Shown in pieces: positions 32,019 through 44,067 of a stretch of 64,000 bases of DNA; the first letter of the stretch is position 1, and each line of letters starts with the position of its first letter. The notes under the pieces were generated by a model. That model did not search any database. It was not told where the DNA came from and was given only the letters and a program-made list of their open reading frames with translations. The stretch lies in the NCBI GenBank assembly GCA_000004985.1, contig GG738850.1; one strand, written 5' to 3'. The translations under genes and the position numbers were made by a program. The stretch is from Naegleria gruberi (taxonomy: Eukaryota).

Positions 32019-32534
32019 TTATTCCTTTTTTTCCTTGTTCATCAAATCAGATTGTTTCACTACCTTTCCATAAATTTCATCCAAATTCTTCTTATCGCCT
32101 ATCCACCCAAGATTATCTGCTATTAAATGAAGTTGTTGACAATTTTTGCATCTAGTAATTACAACACCTTTATGATAGGAATGCTTAGAAAATTCAATAT
32201 AATGTCTTTGTTTACAAGGTTTGCATGTATAGAACATTCCCATCTTTTCGGACTTTTGTCTCTTTTCTTCACTCACTTCGTATTCCTCGTTTGTACTATT
32301 TGGATTGTTATTCATTTCATAAACTTCTCTATTTACAAGACTATGTGAAAATTTCCTAGAAACTTCCTGTTGCATTTTCATCATATTTGATTTTCCGTTA
32401 CAACATGAACAATTATGTTGATGATGCACGGAATGAATATTCCTAATTCCTATCATGGTGGACAACATTTGTCTCTTTATCACAACAGTGTTTGAAACCT
32501 TGTTGCAGGTTGTTTTAATGACTTGTTTCAACAT
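32019..32534 (-). CDS. ZIM17: DNL-type zinc-finger protein Zim17/Hep1 (mitochondrial Hsp70 escort)
   Basis: FYTCKPCKQRHYIEFSKHSYHKGVVITRCKNCQQLHLIADNLGW matches the Zim17 zf-DNL motif. ATG at 32534 (the track used TTG at 32561). The N-terminus resembles a presequence. Confidence 0.7.
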   Translation of the reverse strand: MLKQVIKTTCNKVSNTVVIKRQMLSTMIGIRNIHSVHHQHNCSCCNGKSNMMKMQQEVSRKFSHSLVNREVYEMNNNPNSTNEEYEVSEEKRQKSEKMGMFYTCKPCKQRHYIEFSKHSYHKGVVITRCKNCQQLHLIADNLGWIGDKKNLDEIYGKVVKQSDLMNKEKKE

Positions 32535-32569
32535 TTTTTTTATTTTTATCTTTTCAATCAAAATCTGTA

Positions 32570-35545
32570 TTAAGAACGAATCTTGATGGTTTTCTTTGTG
32601 TCGGTAACGAGTGTGTAAATTGGTGAGATGAATTTTGGCAGATTTGAAATGTAAGATCCAAACTCTGATTTGAAGAGCTTTTTGGTGTTTTCACTGTGAG
32701 TGTAGTGAGAAATGACTTGAATGGTGAATTGTCTTGGAGCATTATCATTGAGATGAATGAAGAATTTCAAAATCTTGGAGAAATCTCCTCTACTGCTTGC
32801 ATACAGGTGGAAGAAGGTCAGATAGTCTCCTTGTTGCATATTTTCAATACTAGAATCGAGGATGTGTTCTGGTTTGAGGTAGATTCGTATTTCTTGGGAG
32901 AGTACGAGAATGTCAGATTCTAATATTATGGTAATATTATTCCTACTTCCAAAGGTTAACATTTTGACTGGATTATTTCTAAAGTAGTTGTTTTCTGAGT
33001 TTTCCTCATTCAAAGTGACACAACTGAAGCTGTTATAGTCGAGTGAAGTTACTTGTTGAATAGCTAGAGCTGGTATCAAATATATTTCATTCTTTTCCGA
33101 GTTGGTAATGGTAACATTATCATTTTTGAAGAGGTCATTCATTACATAGGTTACAGGAACACTATCAGTATGCAGGAATGATATGTAGGTCCTTTGAGTG
33201 TCTGAAAATTGAGTAGAATGGTCCGATTCAGTTGTTTCCTCTATGTCTGAAAGTTGAAGGTTAGAACTTCCCTTCCTCACTCCAAAAGAAAATGATTCCT
33301 CAAAATGATCTTCTGGAAGTACTACAACCTTCTGTATGAGTACTCTCTTTGGAGCAGATTCAGAGTAAGCTGACAAGAAAATACCAGCCACAAACATCAA
33401 CAATAAACTAGCTCCCAAGAATATGAAAAGTGGAAGTTTGGTAGAGTCTGCTATTTGAGCTTTTCTTTGATTTTCTGACACAATATAAGGATATAAAAGG
33501 TTAGTTCCAAGGAATGCAATAAATCCAATCAAACAAGCAATTGTAACATCACATTTCCAAATCTCATTCACAAAACCACTTCTAGACATGATTGGCACGA
33601 AAATATTTACAGCAATAAGAATATGTTCCAATACAAATATCAAATATCCGGCCATCATTATAGTTATGTGGATCCACCATTTGGTATATTTCTGAATAGT
33701 ATGTGAAGAGGCAATAACAAGTGCCAAAACAACTACAACTGGTAAAAAGGTGGAAACAATATTAAAATAATTGAAAACCAAAGTGACAAGAACCCAGAAT
33801 AGCCAAACAGCTACATAAATATAGAAGGAACTGGTATATCTACTAAATACTGACAAGACGAAGGCCATTCCTAAAATTGATGGTAAAGCAAAAAGGAATA
33901 GAGTGAATACAGGGCCAGTAGCATACCAAGACATTGGATTTTTGAAAAGATAGGTCAAAGTAAGAGCAACCAGTGAAGGAAAGACCAAACTTGAAATAAG
34001 GGAAAGCAAAACAATTCCAAAAGCTTTGGAAAGAGAGTACAAATACCTTTCATTTTCCTCAACGTGAGGTTCTTCCTCAACATTCTCTACCTTTTCATTG
34101 GAGAGAGATTGCTTCCTTCTTCTCTTTTTCTTATTTTCAAGCTTTTCAGCTTCTTTGACATAGATTTTTCTAACCATGAAAGTGAAAGCTATCAAAATGA
34201 TTACATAATGTACTGGACTTGCAGATATTGATGAGTAGCAATAAATATAAAGGGATAATACATCAAAGTATACTGCTGGGGCGGTAATTTCCTCGTAAAC
34301 AGGATCTTCTGGAGAAGTATTATTCACATTTGGGAAATATGAATTAAAACTTGCTAGTTTCTTGATGAAAGGAGTCAAATTTTCACCCATATGTTGAAGG
34401 GTGTTACTATTAAGCTTATCAAAGGTATCTCTGTTGGTATGATGTACATAGCCATTTCTATAAAAGACAGAATCAATTCCACCAATTGTTAAATTGAGAT
34501 AGGATTGATAGACATTGAAATCGCTCTGTGAAGGAATCAATCCCAAACTGAAAAAATCTTGAGCCACTGAGGTTGCTTTAGGATATTTACAAACACTGGC
34601 AAACTGTTTCATAATCCAAGTATTGGATGATTGGAAGGTTAGATCCCTACTTGCACCTGAGCCAATTGATTCCATATTGATGACAGACCGAACTGATGAA
34701 GCCCAAGGATGACGTGTTGCAAATATTTTAGATCCAATCATGCCAATTTCCTTTGCACTGTTAAACATGAAAATAACAGGGTGGTGAATAGAGACAGGAT
34801 CATGAATCAAATTGCTAATCATTTCTAAAGCAATAAATGTAGGAATTGTTCCAGAAACTGATTGAGTTGATGGAACACTATCAAAGTGAGAACTCACAAG
34901 TATTGATTCATTCAAAAAGTGTACATGTTTCTTTGAATGTAATCTAACCAAAATATTAGTCACATTAGAATAGGACAAGATAATTTTCTTACTTGAATCC
35001 AAATGTTTCCTCGAGAAGATTGCTTGTCCATCTTTAACATAGTGAAAATCAATACTCATTTCAATTCCTGGATTTGATTTATCATTCTTTGCTTTCAATG
35101 TTGATAATTTCTTTCCCAGAAATTGTAAGCTCTTCCTATATTCATCACTTCCAACAATTCTTCCAAAACACTCACCATCACGAGGAGTAGCATAGAATTG
35201 TTTAGCTTCATCAATACATCTCCTTGATGAAAATTCCGATAGTGGTAAATTATTATCTATTGAAAAATTAGGAACCTGCTGTCTGATATAAACAACAGAT
35301 AGTACAATCAAATGTATACCAATCAACACAATCCAAAATATCAAACTCCTAATTTGTTTATCATAAATAACAATTTGTTGATTTTGGTAGGTGAATACAA
35401 ATTTTAGTTGCGTACTAGTAGTACCATGTGAATGATGTTGCTGATCCGATGATGTAGATGCCGTAGAGGATTTAGATGCACTCGATTGTTGATTATGATG
35501 ATGATTACTGCTAGCTTTTGAATGATGATGGTGGTGTTGACTCAT
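32570..35545 (-). CDS. PFF1: vacuolar-type multi-pass membrane M28 metallopeptidase (Pff1-like)
   Basis: The M28 motifs HFDSV...G..P..IALE...P...IFMFNSAKEIGMIGSKIF...INMESIGSG are followed by about eight TM helices, the same layout as yeast Pff1. ATG at 35545 (track TTG at 35602). The N-terminus has a His tract MSQHHHHHS. Confidence 0.65.
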   Translation of the reverse strand: MSQHHHHHSKASSNHHHNQQSSASKSSTASTSSDQQHHSHGTTSTQLKFVFTYQNQQIVIYDKQIRSLIFWIVLIGIHLIVLSVVYIRQQVPNFSIDNNLPLSEFSSRRCIDEAKQFYATPRDGECFGRIVGSDEYRKSLQFLGKKLSTLKAKNDKSNPGIEMSIDFHYVKDGQAIFSRKHLDSSKKIILSYSNVTNILVRLHSKKHVHFLNESILVSSHFDSVPSTQSVSGTIPTFIALEMISNLIHDPVSIHHPVIFMFNSAKEIGMIGSKIFATRHPWASSVRSVINMESIGSGASRDLTFQSSNTWIMKQFASVCKYPKATSVAQDFFSLGLIPSQSDFNVYQSYLNLTIGGIDSVFYRNGYVHHTNRDTFDKLNSNTLQHMGENLTPFIKKLASFNSYFPNVNNTSPEDPVYEEITAPAVYFDVLSLYIYCYSSISASPVHYVIILIAFTFMVRKIYVKEAEKLENKKKRRRKQSLSNEKVENVEEEPHVEENERYLYSLSKAFGIVLLSLISSLVFPSLVALTLTYLFKNPMSWYATGPVFTLFLFALPSILGMAFVLSVFSRYTSSFYIYVAVWLFWVLVTLVFNYFNIVSTFLPVVVVLALVIASSHTIQKYTKWWIHITIMMAGYLIFVLEHILIAVNIFVPIMSRSGFVNEIWKCDVTIACLIGFIAFLGTNLLYPYIVSENQRKAQIADSTKLPLFIFLGASLLLMFVAGIFLSAYSESAPKRVLIQKVVVLPEDHFEESFSFGVRKGSSNLQLSDIEETTESDHSTQFSDTQRTYISFLHTDSVPVTYVMNDLFKNDNVTITNSEKNEIYLIPALAIQQVTSLDYNSFSCVTLNEENSENNYFRNNPVKMLTFGSRNNITIILESDILVLSQEIRIYLKPEHILDSSIENMQQGDYLTFFHLYASSRGDFSKILKFFIHLNDNAPRQFTIQVISHYTHSENTKKLFKSEFGSYISNLPKFISPIYTLVTDTKKTIKIRS

Positions 35546-35778
35546 TTCTTTCTTTATGGAAAAATCAAAGAGGAAAATTGGCCACGTGGTCGGTCTTTGC
35601 AAGAGGACTTTGGTTGCAAATTGTTACTTCACACAGGATCCCTAAATCTATCAAGAAAGTACTGATAACATACGTAGTGGTGTGTTCTTCTTTTTTTAAT
35701 TGCAAAAGAACAATTGAATGGATTCATGGCTTATCAAGTGATTTTCCCGCCAAATGTAGTTTGTTCAAAATTAAAAAA

Positions 35779-37788
35779 ATGAAAAGAATACCCTCAAATA
35801 CATCCACAAAGAGTTCCTCATCATCGACAACCAGTAATAGTAGTGTAGGAGGAGGTTCATCATCATCGGCTCAAACCAATGGGAAGGGATCTGCAACATT
35901 ATCAAAGATTGCCTCGGTTAAGCAAAGCGGAACATCCTCAACAACATCTTCAGCTGGATCAACAACGAGTAGGAAAAGTAGCGCCTCGTCTGTTGAGAGT
36001 GGCACCTCTTCAAAATCAACTTCGAGTTCAAAAGTCAAATCCACTCAATCAACACCAAGAGCCACTGCAACAGCGATAGAATCAAAACCATTTAAGTTTA
36101 CTTCATCAACTAAAAAGAATGACCAATCTCCATCAACACCTACAACATCAGAAAAGAAACCATCTAAAGAAGATCCTAAAACTGCAAAACCTAAAGTAGT
36201 AGAGGAAGAGGAAATTGTTCAAGTTTTGGAATTACGTCATCAGAATATTTCTGAGATACCCAGAGCTCACACCTCTAAAATTGAATTGCTCAAGTTGGAT
36301 ATTTCATTTAACAAATTTACAGAAGTTCAACAATTGGAAAGGTACACTAAATTGACTTCTTTAAAAGCGATGTATAATAAGGTAGCTTCACTCAATGGTA
36401 TTGAAACGTAAGTTTAAATTCATATTGCACTCAATTAATCATGAAATAGACTGGAAAATTTAAGGGATTGTACCATGGTTGGAAATATGATTACAGATGT
36501 TTCTAAACTTGCTTTTTGCAAAAAGTTAGAAACTCTTGCCCTTGATAATAACATGATTCAATCTTTCCCAAGCTTAGTTTCTTTGAAAAACCTGACGCAT
36601 CTATCAGTTGAGAATAATTGCCTAATCAACTTTGAAGGACTTAGTGGATTGGAAAATTTGAAATCTCTTTCTGTTTCTAGGAATAGTATTGAAAAATTGA
36701 CTGGTCTTGGAAAGTGCAGATTTAGAACTAGCTTGATCGAGTTGGATTTATCTAATAATAAGATTGATAAGGCTGATTTTGCATTTCTTCCAACTTTTGA
36801 AAAGTTGGAGGTGTTAAGAATGAAAAGTTGTAACTTTAGGACAATTGAAAACTTCCCTTCTTGCCAACAAATTAGAGATCTTTCACTATCAGGAAACATG
36901 TTGGAATCTGTGCTGTGGATTGAAACAAAATTTCCAAACCTCGAGTCCTTAACCATGAAAGACAATTACATTCCTCATGTAAAGCAATTACAAGAGGAAC
37001 TTTCGAGGCTAACGAGTTTGGAGATGGTTGCTGTTGCAGGTAACCCTATGTGTGATATTAATTCAAATTATGTAAAAATTCTATCGACCCACTTGAAAAA
37101 TCTTAGAATGATTGATGAGGTCACTGCTAACGAGTTCATTACACCTGAAGTAGATACTTCTGATCCATTACTTTCAACTATTGGATATGTTGAGCCTAAT
37201 TTTGATGACGATGAAGTTCTCAGAAATGTTCTCAAAAGGGAGGCTACCAGCATTAAGGAAGCCGACGAGGTTAAAGACCTCTTTTTAAACTTACAACAGC
37301 AGACCAAACGACTAGAAAAAACATTCGAAAATTCATTGGCTAACTTGGATTTTGGAATCCGAGAAATGAAAAGAGGATTGGATGTTGATCTTGGAAGTGG
37401 ACTCAGAAAGCTGGAAACAACAGGTTCAGAGGATACATATGATATCACTCCAACAACTATGGATGTACGGTCGTCTCAAACGTTAGACATGTCAGAGATA
37501 AGAAAGGCGCTGCATTCACAAGCCAAAAGGGAGACAACAAGCAAGAAGGAAGAGCAAATGGTTGCCAATGTGAGAAGGTCCTTAAACAATATGGAACGAA
37601 TCAAAGCAGCTCAACAATACTCAAAACAGAAAGAGAATACTGACCTAGAACTTGGAACGCTGAATACAGAACAACACGAAGCAGAGGTTGAACAATTTTT
37701 ACATATGATCAACTCGGCCAGAAGCGCAGAAAAGAGAAGACCTCCATCGGCTGTGGGAGGTTCAACACTTAAAGTTAAGAGAAAGTAA
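35779..37788 (+). CDS. leucine-rich-repeat protein (SDS22-type LRRs), two exons (35779..36407, 36450..37788)
   Basis: ORF 35518..36411 and ORF 36475..37788 join in frame through a 42-nt GTAAGT..AAATAG intron. LRRs run across the junction (LKLDISFNKF..LSLSGNM). The likely ATG at 35779 sits in an A-rich context. The track start at 35518 is antisense to the PFF1 His tract. Confidence 0.55.
36408..36449 (+). other. spliceosomal intron (42 nt) in the LRR gene
   Basis: GTAAGTTTAAATTCATATTGCACTCAATTAATCATGAAATAG. The upstream ORF's TAA is intronic, and the split codon AC|A keeps the frame. Confidence 0.5.
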
Positions 37789-37814
37789 TGATAGATCTAC
37801 AATAAATAAAAGAT

Positions 37815-40800
37815 TTATAAAAACAAATCATCCACATTGGTATTTGATGATGGTACAGAAGTTGTTTCTGGTTGGACTACAGTGATGAGGTATTGTTCTT
37901 CTACAAAACTGTGAGGAATAACTCTAGCAATATTACTTTGATCCATAAACTTCCATGAAATTCTGAATTGATTCAAATTGTACACGCCAGGGGAGAAGAA
38001 AGTAGCTTGCACCGTTACCTTAACCTCACCAGAGTTTGGTTTCAAATCTTTCATGAAAAATCTAGTTGGGCCAGACCATAAGTAAAAGTTTTGAGGTCCT
38101 GTGGAGGTTGTAGCAACAGTTGTTGGAAGAACTGATTGAGCTCTCAGTTTTGAAGTTCCTGAGGTGGCGAAAGGTGGTAAAAGTTCGAGAGTGATATCAG
38201 TATGCAAGTCAGGAGAAACGTTGCTAATTTTAACATCAAATGCTACAGAGCATGAAGGTTGAGATGATGTAAACTGGTGAATGATTTCTCTTTCGTATTC
38301 TAAATTAACTTCTATTGGACAAATAAGATTTTCTTTGGAAGGGAATTTAGCAGCCATGTGAATTCTCTTTGGTTTTTTAGCATGAGGTAAGAAAGAAACC
38401 TTGCTGTGATAAGTGATACCTAACTCACAAGGACCTCCCCTCCAAATGGCTTGTAAACTTAAACTATTCAATTGTTCTTCAATATCTACAAGTGTGTCAC
38501 CAGAACCTGTAGTGACTGTTTTACCAAAGAATGTCAACTCGTGCTTCTTGGATTCACTAAACAAAAATTCAAGATATGGTCTCTTGGTAGTATCAATTAA
38601 TCTGTCACTATTTCCAGTAGAGAATGATCTGTGGATAAGTTCAACATCAGGTAACTTTTCCTTGGTTGAAATTATTCCAGCCATCTTTTTCTCTTGTTCA
38701 GTATTCTTGAAAATCTTAAGGTACAATGTGTAGGATTCTTTTGGCAAGATTATTATTGATTGACTAGCAACTGGAATAACAGGTGTAATCTCCCAAAGTG
38801 GAGAAACGCTGACTAATTGATCAAGTTGAATGAATTGATCTGGTCTAAGATTGTGAAGCTTTACACCACAAATAAAACTGCCAAGCTCGCAGTAGCTAGA
38901 GTCACAGAAAGTTGTTACTCTTAGTGAGTCCATAACCTTGAGCGTGGTGTGGAAACGATGTAATCTATACTTGAGATCCTCCACTGGTTCAACTGGTTCA
39001 TAATAGAACAAGAACTTGGCATCATGTACACCAGAATAAGATCCTCTCACAAAAACTGGAATTTCAATCTTGCTGCCAGTACTAAGACTCTCAGAAATAT
39101 CATAGTATGTAAAATCACGTTCAATACCATAGGTATTAGAAATGAAGGTACTGTCTCTTTGGGGTGTGTTTGTATCCATAAATTGGAAATTGTTCATATT
39201 TGGATCATCTGATAGGAAATAAATAGATGGGTGGTTAATTTTGAGTTTCAAATTTTTCAAATCTGCTTTTCCAATATTAGTAACAATCATGGTAGTCTTC
39301 TTAAGCTCTCCATTCCACAAGTGATCAATTGATTCAGTAAATTGAACATCCAAAAGTGGAGTAGGATTAATAACCTTAAGAATCAATCTATTATCTTGTT
39401 CGTACTGAACTGATGTTCTGTGTTGTTTGTTTTCATTCAATCTTCTACCCTTAACACTAAAATGCTTGAAGCCTTGAATGTTATTCAAAATCTTCCATCT
39501 CACTCCTCTGATGGAAAGGTCACCAACTTCTGTTGGTGTAATCTTTAATCTTACAATAATAGTATCATTTCCTTGAATAGATACATTAACAGCTTCTGAA
39601 ATAAATCCCTTTTCGTTTTCAGGCAAATTTGGAGACTTGAGAATGGCGTCAAGAGAAATATCTCTCACTTGGATAGGGACAATCAAACTGTTGGAAATCT
39701 TAACATCGACATGAATTGGTTCACCAACAATAGTGGATTCAATCTTTTTCATGTCATTGATTCCCTTCTCCCACTTGAAAAATACAATTGGACCTCTGAC
39801 CTTTCTTACTAAAGTTTCTTCAAGTTTAGCCCATTCTTCATCAGGTATCACATCAGTATAAACTGGTTCTCCATAATAAGAGTTTAATAAAACTCTAACA
39901 TTGGATTGATCTACCTTTGGCATTTCCAAAAAGTCAAACTTTACATCCATCACACCTTTTTGCTTTTGCTCGTTAATGTAGGAAGAAACGGTTTGAGAAA
40001 ATACTTCCATAAACTTGAACTGTTGATCTGGACCTTGCTTACAAACAGTCAAAAATTCATGATAGAACTCAACGCTGGACTTTAAATCCTTCATATCATT
40101 TGTGAGTTTACCCATAGTATAACTCAAATGTTCATAAATTTGAAGCCATTCCCTATTGTTATAAATTCTAAAGGATGTTCTATAGCATCTGAATGAGTGT
40201 TTCATTTGGTCGGTATGACTATATCTGTATCCAGCCAAAATTAAAAATAAGGCAGACTTTCTAGTTAATCTATCCATAGATCCTCTGTAACAAAGTGCTG
40301 TTTGTTCGAAAAAGAGAGCAGCTTGTAAAAAGTTATTTTCATCCACATTTGAAGCTCTAGTGAATAATTCTCCAGCCTTCTTAAATAATGTTTTAGACCT
40401 ATAGTAACAAGCCTGAATTAACAAGAGTCTGAGTGTATAATTTGGTTGATTGGCAGTCTTGTATGCTGTTAGGGCATTATCCATATTACTTTCAATTTCC
40501 TTCTTATTACTGGTTTGAGCTGTTGGACTCAAAAGAGTACAAATGGCCATCATCTCAAGACAACCAGCATAATTCTTAGGTTCCTTCTTGAAATCACCAC
40601 TGATTAGCTTGTAAACTGAATAAGCTTCATCGTATTCACGTAAAAGGAACAACAAGTCAGCTAATCTTCTTAACTGCATTTCTGGTGTAATACCTTCTTC
40701 CTCTGCCTTTGTCTTTTTCGTAAACCAAGATTTAATGGTATTTTTAATACCCTTCTTGTTAGCTAAAACAGTGTTAGAAACTGTTTTAATTTTTGCATCC

Positions 40801-41900
40801 ATTGATGCTACTACTTGATTCACTATAAAATCTACATTATTTGCAATATATTGTACATCTTGTTTGGATAAATAAAATCCATTTGGTTGCATATTGTCCA
40901 AAACATACTTTTGGTATAAGTGACGTCTTGGTAAAACAGGAGACCAAATATCACCAACTAGATTTTCAACTAAATGATCTCTTGAATTGACAATGAGCAT
41001 TCTACATGAAGAGGCTGTATACTTCTCTTTAATCTTGTTGAAAATAGAATTGGCTTTTTCGGAATTTGTTGTTGGTGATGATTGATCGTGAATCATGATT
41101 ACTAAATTCAAAATATCAGGATCCATTGTGAAATCTTTAAACATTTTAGGTGGATTATCAGGATCAAACAATCCTTTCAAAATTTGAATTGGATCTCCAA
41201 CTTCTTCACTTGAAATCACTGATACCACTGCAACTGGATGTAAAAATGTTTCATGTTCCGAAATATTTAAATTTTTGATGAATTCATCCCTGAAAATATC
41301 AAACCATGGCGTATGATCCACTAAATCTTGATTAAGAGCTGACTGGTTTGTTTTTCTCAAGTATTGATCATAGGAATGTTTAATTATATGTCCAATAAAA
41401 TCAGAATGATGTTTTTCTCTGAGATGTACTTCAGTCCTATTAGCAATTCTGTTTCCGTTTTCACCATATTCTTTATGAAGATCCCCAAGAGTAACAAAAT
41501 TAACTGAAAAGTTTTGGAGTGAGATTGCTGAATAATTTACTATTAATTCCACACGTATAAATTGATCATCATTTTATCACACCATCATCAAATAATATTA
41601 TTTAATATTATTATTCTATCATAATGTTGCAAACTTACGCTGTTTGAAAAATTGATATGGACGCAAAAGATCAATAAACTTTAAACCATTCTTTGCACAT
41701 GAAGCCTCCACAGAAGGTGTTGTTCTCACCAAAACTGTTGGTGAAAACATGCTCTCAAACCATCCACTCAATTCATTAGCATTCCGAATAGGAAACGAGT
41801 CCGGAATGTTGAATTTATCTGATGTTTCTCCCAAGTCTGACGATGAGGAATTGGTAATGTTATTTCCCAATGTCATTGTTCTGGTGGGTGCATCAGTCAT
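37815..41900 (-). CDS. TRS85: TRAPPC8/Trs85 (TRAPP III subunit), two exons (41900..41639 and 41539..37815; alternative acceptor at 41527)
   Basis: The main ORF has TRAPPC8 blocks (TPWFDIFRDEF..FLHPVAVVSVISSEE; LRRLADLLFLLREYDEAYSVY; RKSALFLILAGYRYSHTDQMKHSFRCYRTSFRIY). The track start is GTG with no in-frame ATG. Upstream ORF 41619..41900 (ATG at 41900) encodes the conserved TRAPPC8 N-terminus (IPDSFPI..LKFIDLLRPYQ). It ends at a GTAAGT donor and joins in frame via a TAG or CAG acceptor. Confidence 0.65.
41540..41638 (-). other. spliceosomal intron in TRS85 (99 nt; 111 nt if the downstream CAG acceptor at 41528 is used)
   Basis: Minus strand AAACAG|C GTAAGTTTGCAAC...GGAATTAATAG|TAAATTATTCAG|CAATC. 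Both acceptors preserve the frame. Confidence 0.5.
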
Positions 41901-42141
41901 TTTTTTTATTAATAATAATAATAAATAACTTGGAATCTTTTATGAAGGGATGATAATTTGATTTATTGTAGCCTGATTTCACAATAGCAACCATTCTTTG
42001 AGAATGAATTCTTTCTCGTATTTGCTAGTATTTTGCTACAAATTGCAGAAACAAAGAATCATCGTTTCTACTAGAGCTAACGGCTTTTGAAAGATGGTTG
42101 TCCGAAATCAAATTTCAGACGCTGCCTATTTCTCATAAAAA

Positions 42142-43902
42142 ATGTTTAAACAACCCAAAACCAAATCATCTTCATTTTCTCCTTCCAATTATTGTGTTCT
42201 ATTCAGCGAGGTCATGGAAGTCGACGAGTCGAGAGAAAACTTCTTCAAATATCTGGGAGAGGAAGCACTATGTGGTGAGTGCGTTGATTTTTTAAATGAT
42301 TTTTCCAGTTTTTCCCACGAATTTCAAAAAGTAAAAAATTTGGTGGGAAAAAAACCTACAACACGTGCTGATAATGAGGAAAATGAGCATGGTAGTATTA
42401 TTTCATCATCGTCATCATTGGCATCATCATCGGGTGTATGTTTGGAATTAAATGATGAAAGCAAAGATGAAAATTCTCTTACACTGATTACTGGTAATAA
42501 GATGATTTTGGAAAAGATTGAAAATTTGGGTGTAATGGTCAGTGCTATTAAAAAGCTATTTGTGATGGCTGATAGAATGATTTTTGAGCATGTTCAATCT
42601 GGAGTATTGAATGTTCCTAGTTGGATTATTAAGGAAACGAAAAATTATTGGACTGTTGGAGTTTTGGAAAAGATTAGAGAAATGATTCTATTGAGATCGT
42701 CTACCTTGTTGGAAAGTGATGCTTTTGAATTGAATATAAATTCATTATTGGAGAATGTGAATGAGGATAATATTGATCCTTGGTTCATGATCAGATTAGT
42801 GACACCTTCCAAGTTGCTGCTCAGATTGTATGAAAATATACTCATTGACTTGAAATTGGACACTTTTTCAAGATATTCCAGAAGTGAATACTTGTATCAG
42901 TTCTTAGAAAAGATGGGTGAGACATTCACAACAAGAATTGCCATTCATGTGGATGAATTGAGTGATGATTATTCTTCAAACAGAGTCTCAACAACTAATT
43001 CTTCTTCTGAAATAATTGCAAAACCAAAAAAGATTAGGCTGAGATCTGACGATTGGAATTCAAATACCTTCTCCAAGGAATTTATTTTCAGTTGTTTATA
43101 TTATGCAGAAGATTCACCAAGATGGAAGCAAACAATACAAGCAAAACAAAAACCATTCCCTCAGACTTGTTACATTACTGAAAATGATTTTGTTATGGGC
43201 AAAAACTCAACAGGTCAAAAATGTACAAAAGTAGTTATGGACATTCCTTACAATAGAGATTTTGTCTATGCTCTATATTCGTCGAGTTTACAGAGAATTG
43301 AATTGGATCCATGGATGAAAGGCTTTAATTACTTTGGTATGACAACGAATGAGCACTCTATGACCACAACAGCTTTGGAAGTTATCTTTTCCTTTGGGCC
43401 ACTCCAAAAACGAAGTTCCACTATACTTGCAACAAATATCTATGATCCAGATGCTGATTGTTTCATGTTCTTCTTCAAAACCAAAGAATTTGAGGAGTAT
43501 CAGAGGACTCCAAACACTGTTCCTTCAGATGGTTTTATGGTTTTCCTATTCTACAAACATACTGACAACTCAACTAGATTTGTCAATGTATTCTTTGGAG
43601 ATTTGAAATTGCCCTTCTCAAATGATTTCACATTTAATTTTGCTACAAGTTTTGGACTCAAGAAGATTAACAAATTATTGGAAAAGGTAGCTAAGAAATA
43701 TCTTCCCCAATACGAGGAATTTGAACGACTAAATGGAATACCATCTTATTATGATTACAATAATCCAGAAGATTACGTTGATAGTATTTTCAAATTTAAA
43801 GATGATTTGAAATTCTATGAATCCGTCAAGCAAAACCTTATTCATTTTCCAGTGAAAAGTTGGCACAGAGAATTCTACAAAGAAATGAAAGAATCTAGAT
43901 GA
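42142..43902 (+). CDS. hypothetical protein (586 aa), possibly with an RGS-like N-terminal segment
   Basis: Long uninterrupted ORF with ATG at 42142. The N-terminal FFKYLGEEALCGECVDFLNDF has a weak RGS-like pattern. I recognise no confident homology. Confidence 0.4.
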   Translation: MFKQPKTKSSSFSPSNYCVLFSEVMEVDESRENFFKYLGEEALCGECVDFLNDFSSFSHEFQKVKNLVGKKPTTRADNEENEHGSIISSSSSLASSSGVCLELNDESKDENSLTLITGNKMILEKIENLGVMVSAIKKLFVMADRMIFEHVQSGVLNVPSWIIKETKNYWTVGVLEKIREMILLRSSTLLESDAFELNINSLLENVNEDNIDPWFMIRLVTPSKLLLRLYENILIDLKLDTFSRYSRSEYLYQFLEKMGETFTTRIAIHVDELSDDYSSNRVSTTNSSSEIIAKPKKIRLRSDDWNSNTFSKEFIFSCLYYAEDSPRWKQTIQAKQKPFPQTCYITENDFVMGKNSTGQKCTKVVMDIPYNRDFVYALYSSSLQRIELDPWMKGFNYFGMTTNEHSMTTTALEVIFSFGPLQKRSSTILATNIYDPDADCFMFFFKTKEFEEYQRTPNTVPSDGFMVFLFYKHTDNSTRFVNVFFGDLKLPFSNDFTFNFATSFGLKKINKLLEKVAKKYLPQYEEFERLNGIPSYYDYNNPEDYVDSIFKFKDDLKFYESVKQNLIHFPVKSWHREFYKEMKESR

Positions 43903-44067
43903 ATTTATTGAAACATCAAATGGAGATTAATCCTGGGAGTGTTTGTAAATGGATTTTGCTTCCATTTTGGAATGTGTGTTAAATTGATTGGAAATGTGTT
44001 GGGTATACCTGTAGTTTTTGAGTTTAATTTTGGTTTTTATTACTCGTCAATAGAGAAAATAAAAAAA

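Noticed and set aside
35518-35778. Upstream start for the LRR gene at 35518
   Set aside because: This stretch is the antisense reading of the PFF1 poly-His N-terminus and its 5' region. The ATG at 35779 has an A-rich context and precedes the S/T-rich N-terminus.
42259-42292. GTGAGT...TTTTTCCAG (34 nt) intron-like segment inside the 42142 gene
   Set aside because: Its length is not a multiple of three, and removing it creates an immediate stop. The ORF reads through it with protein-like sequence.
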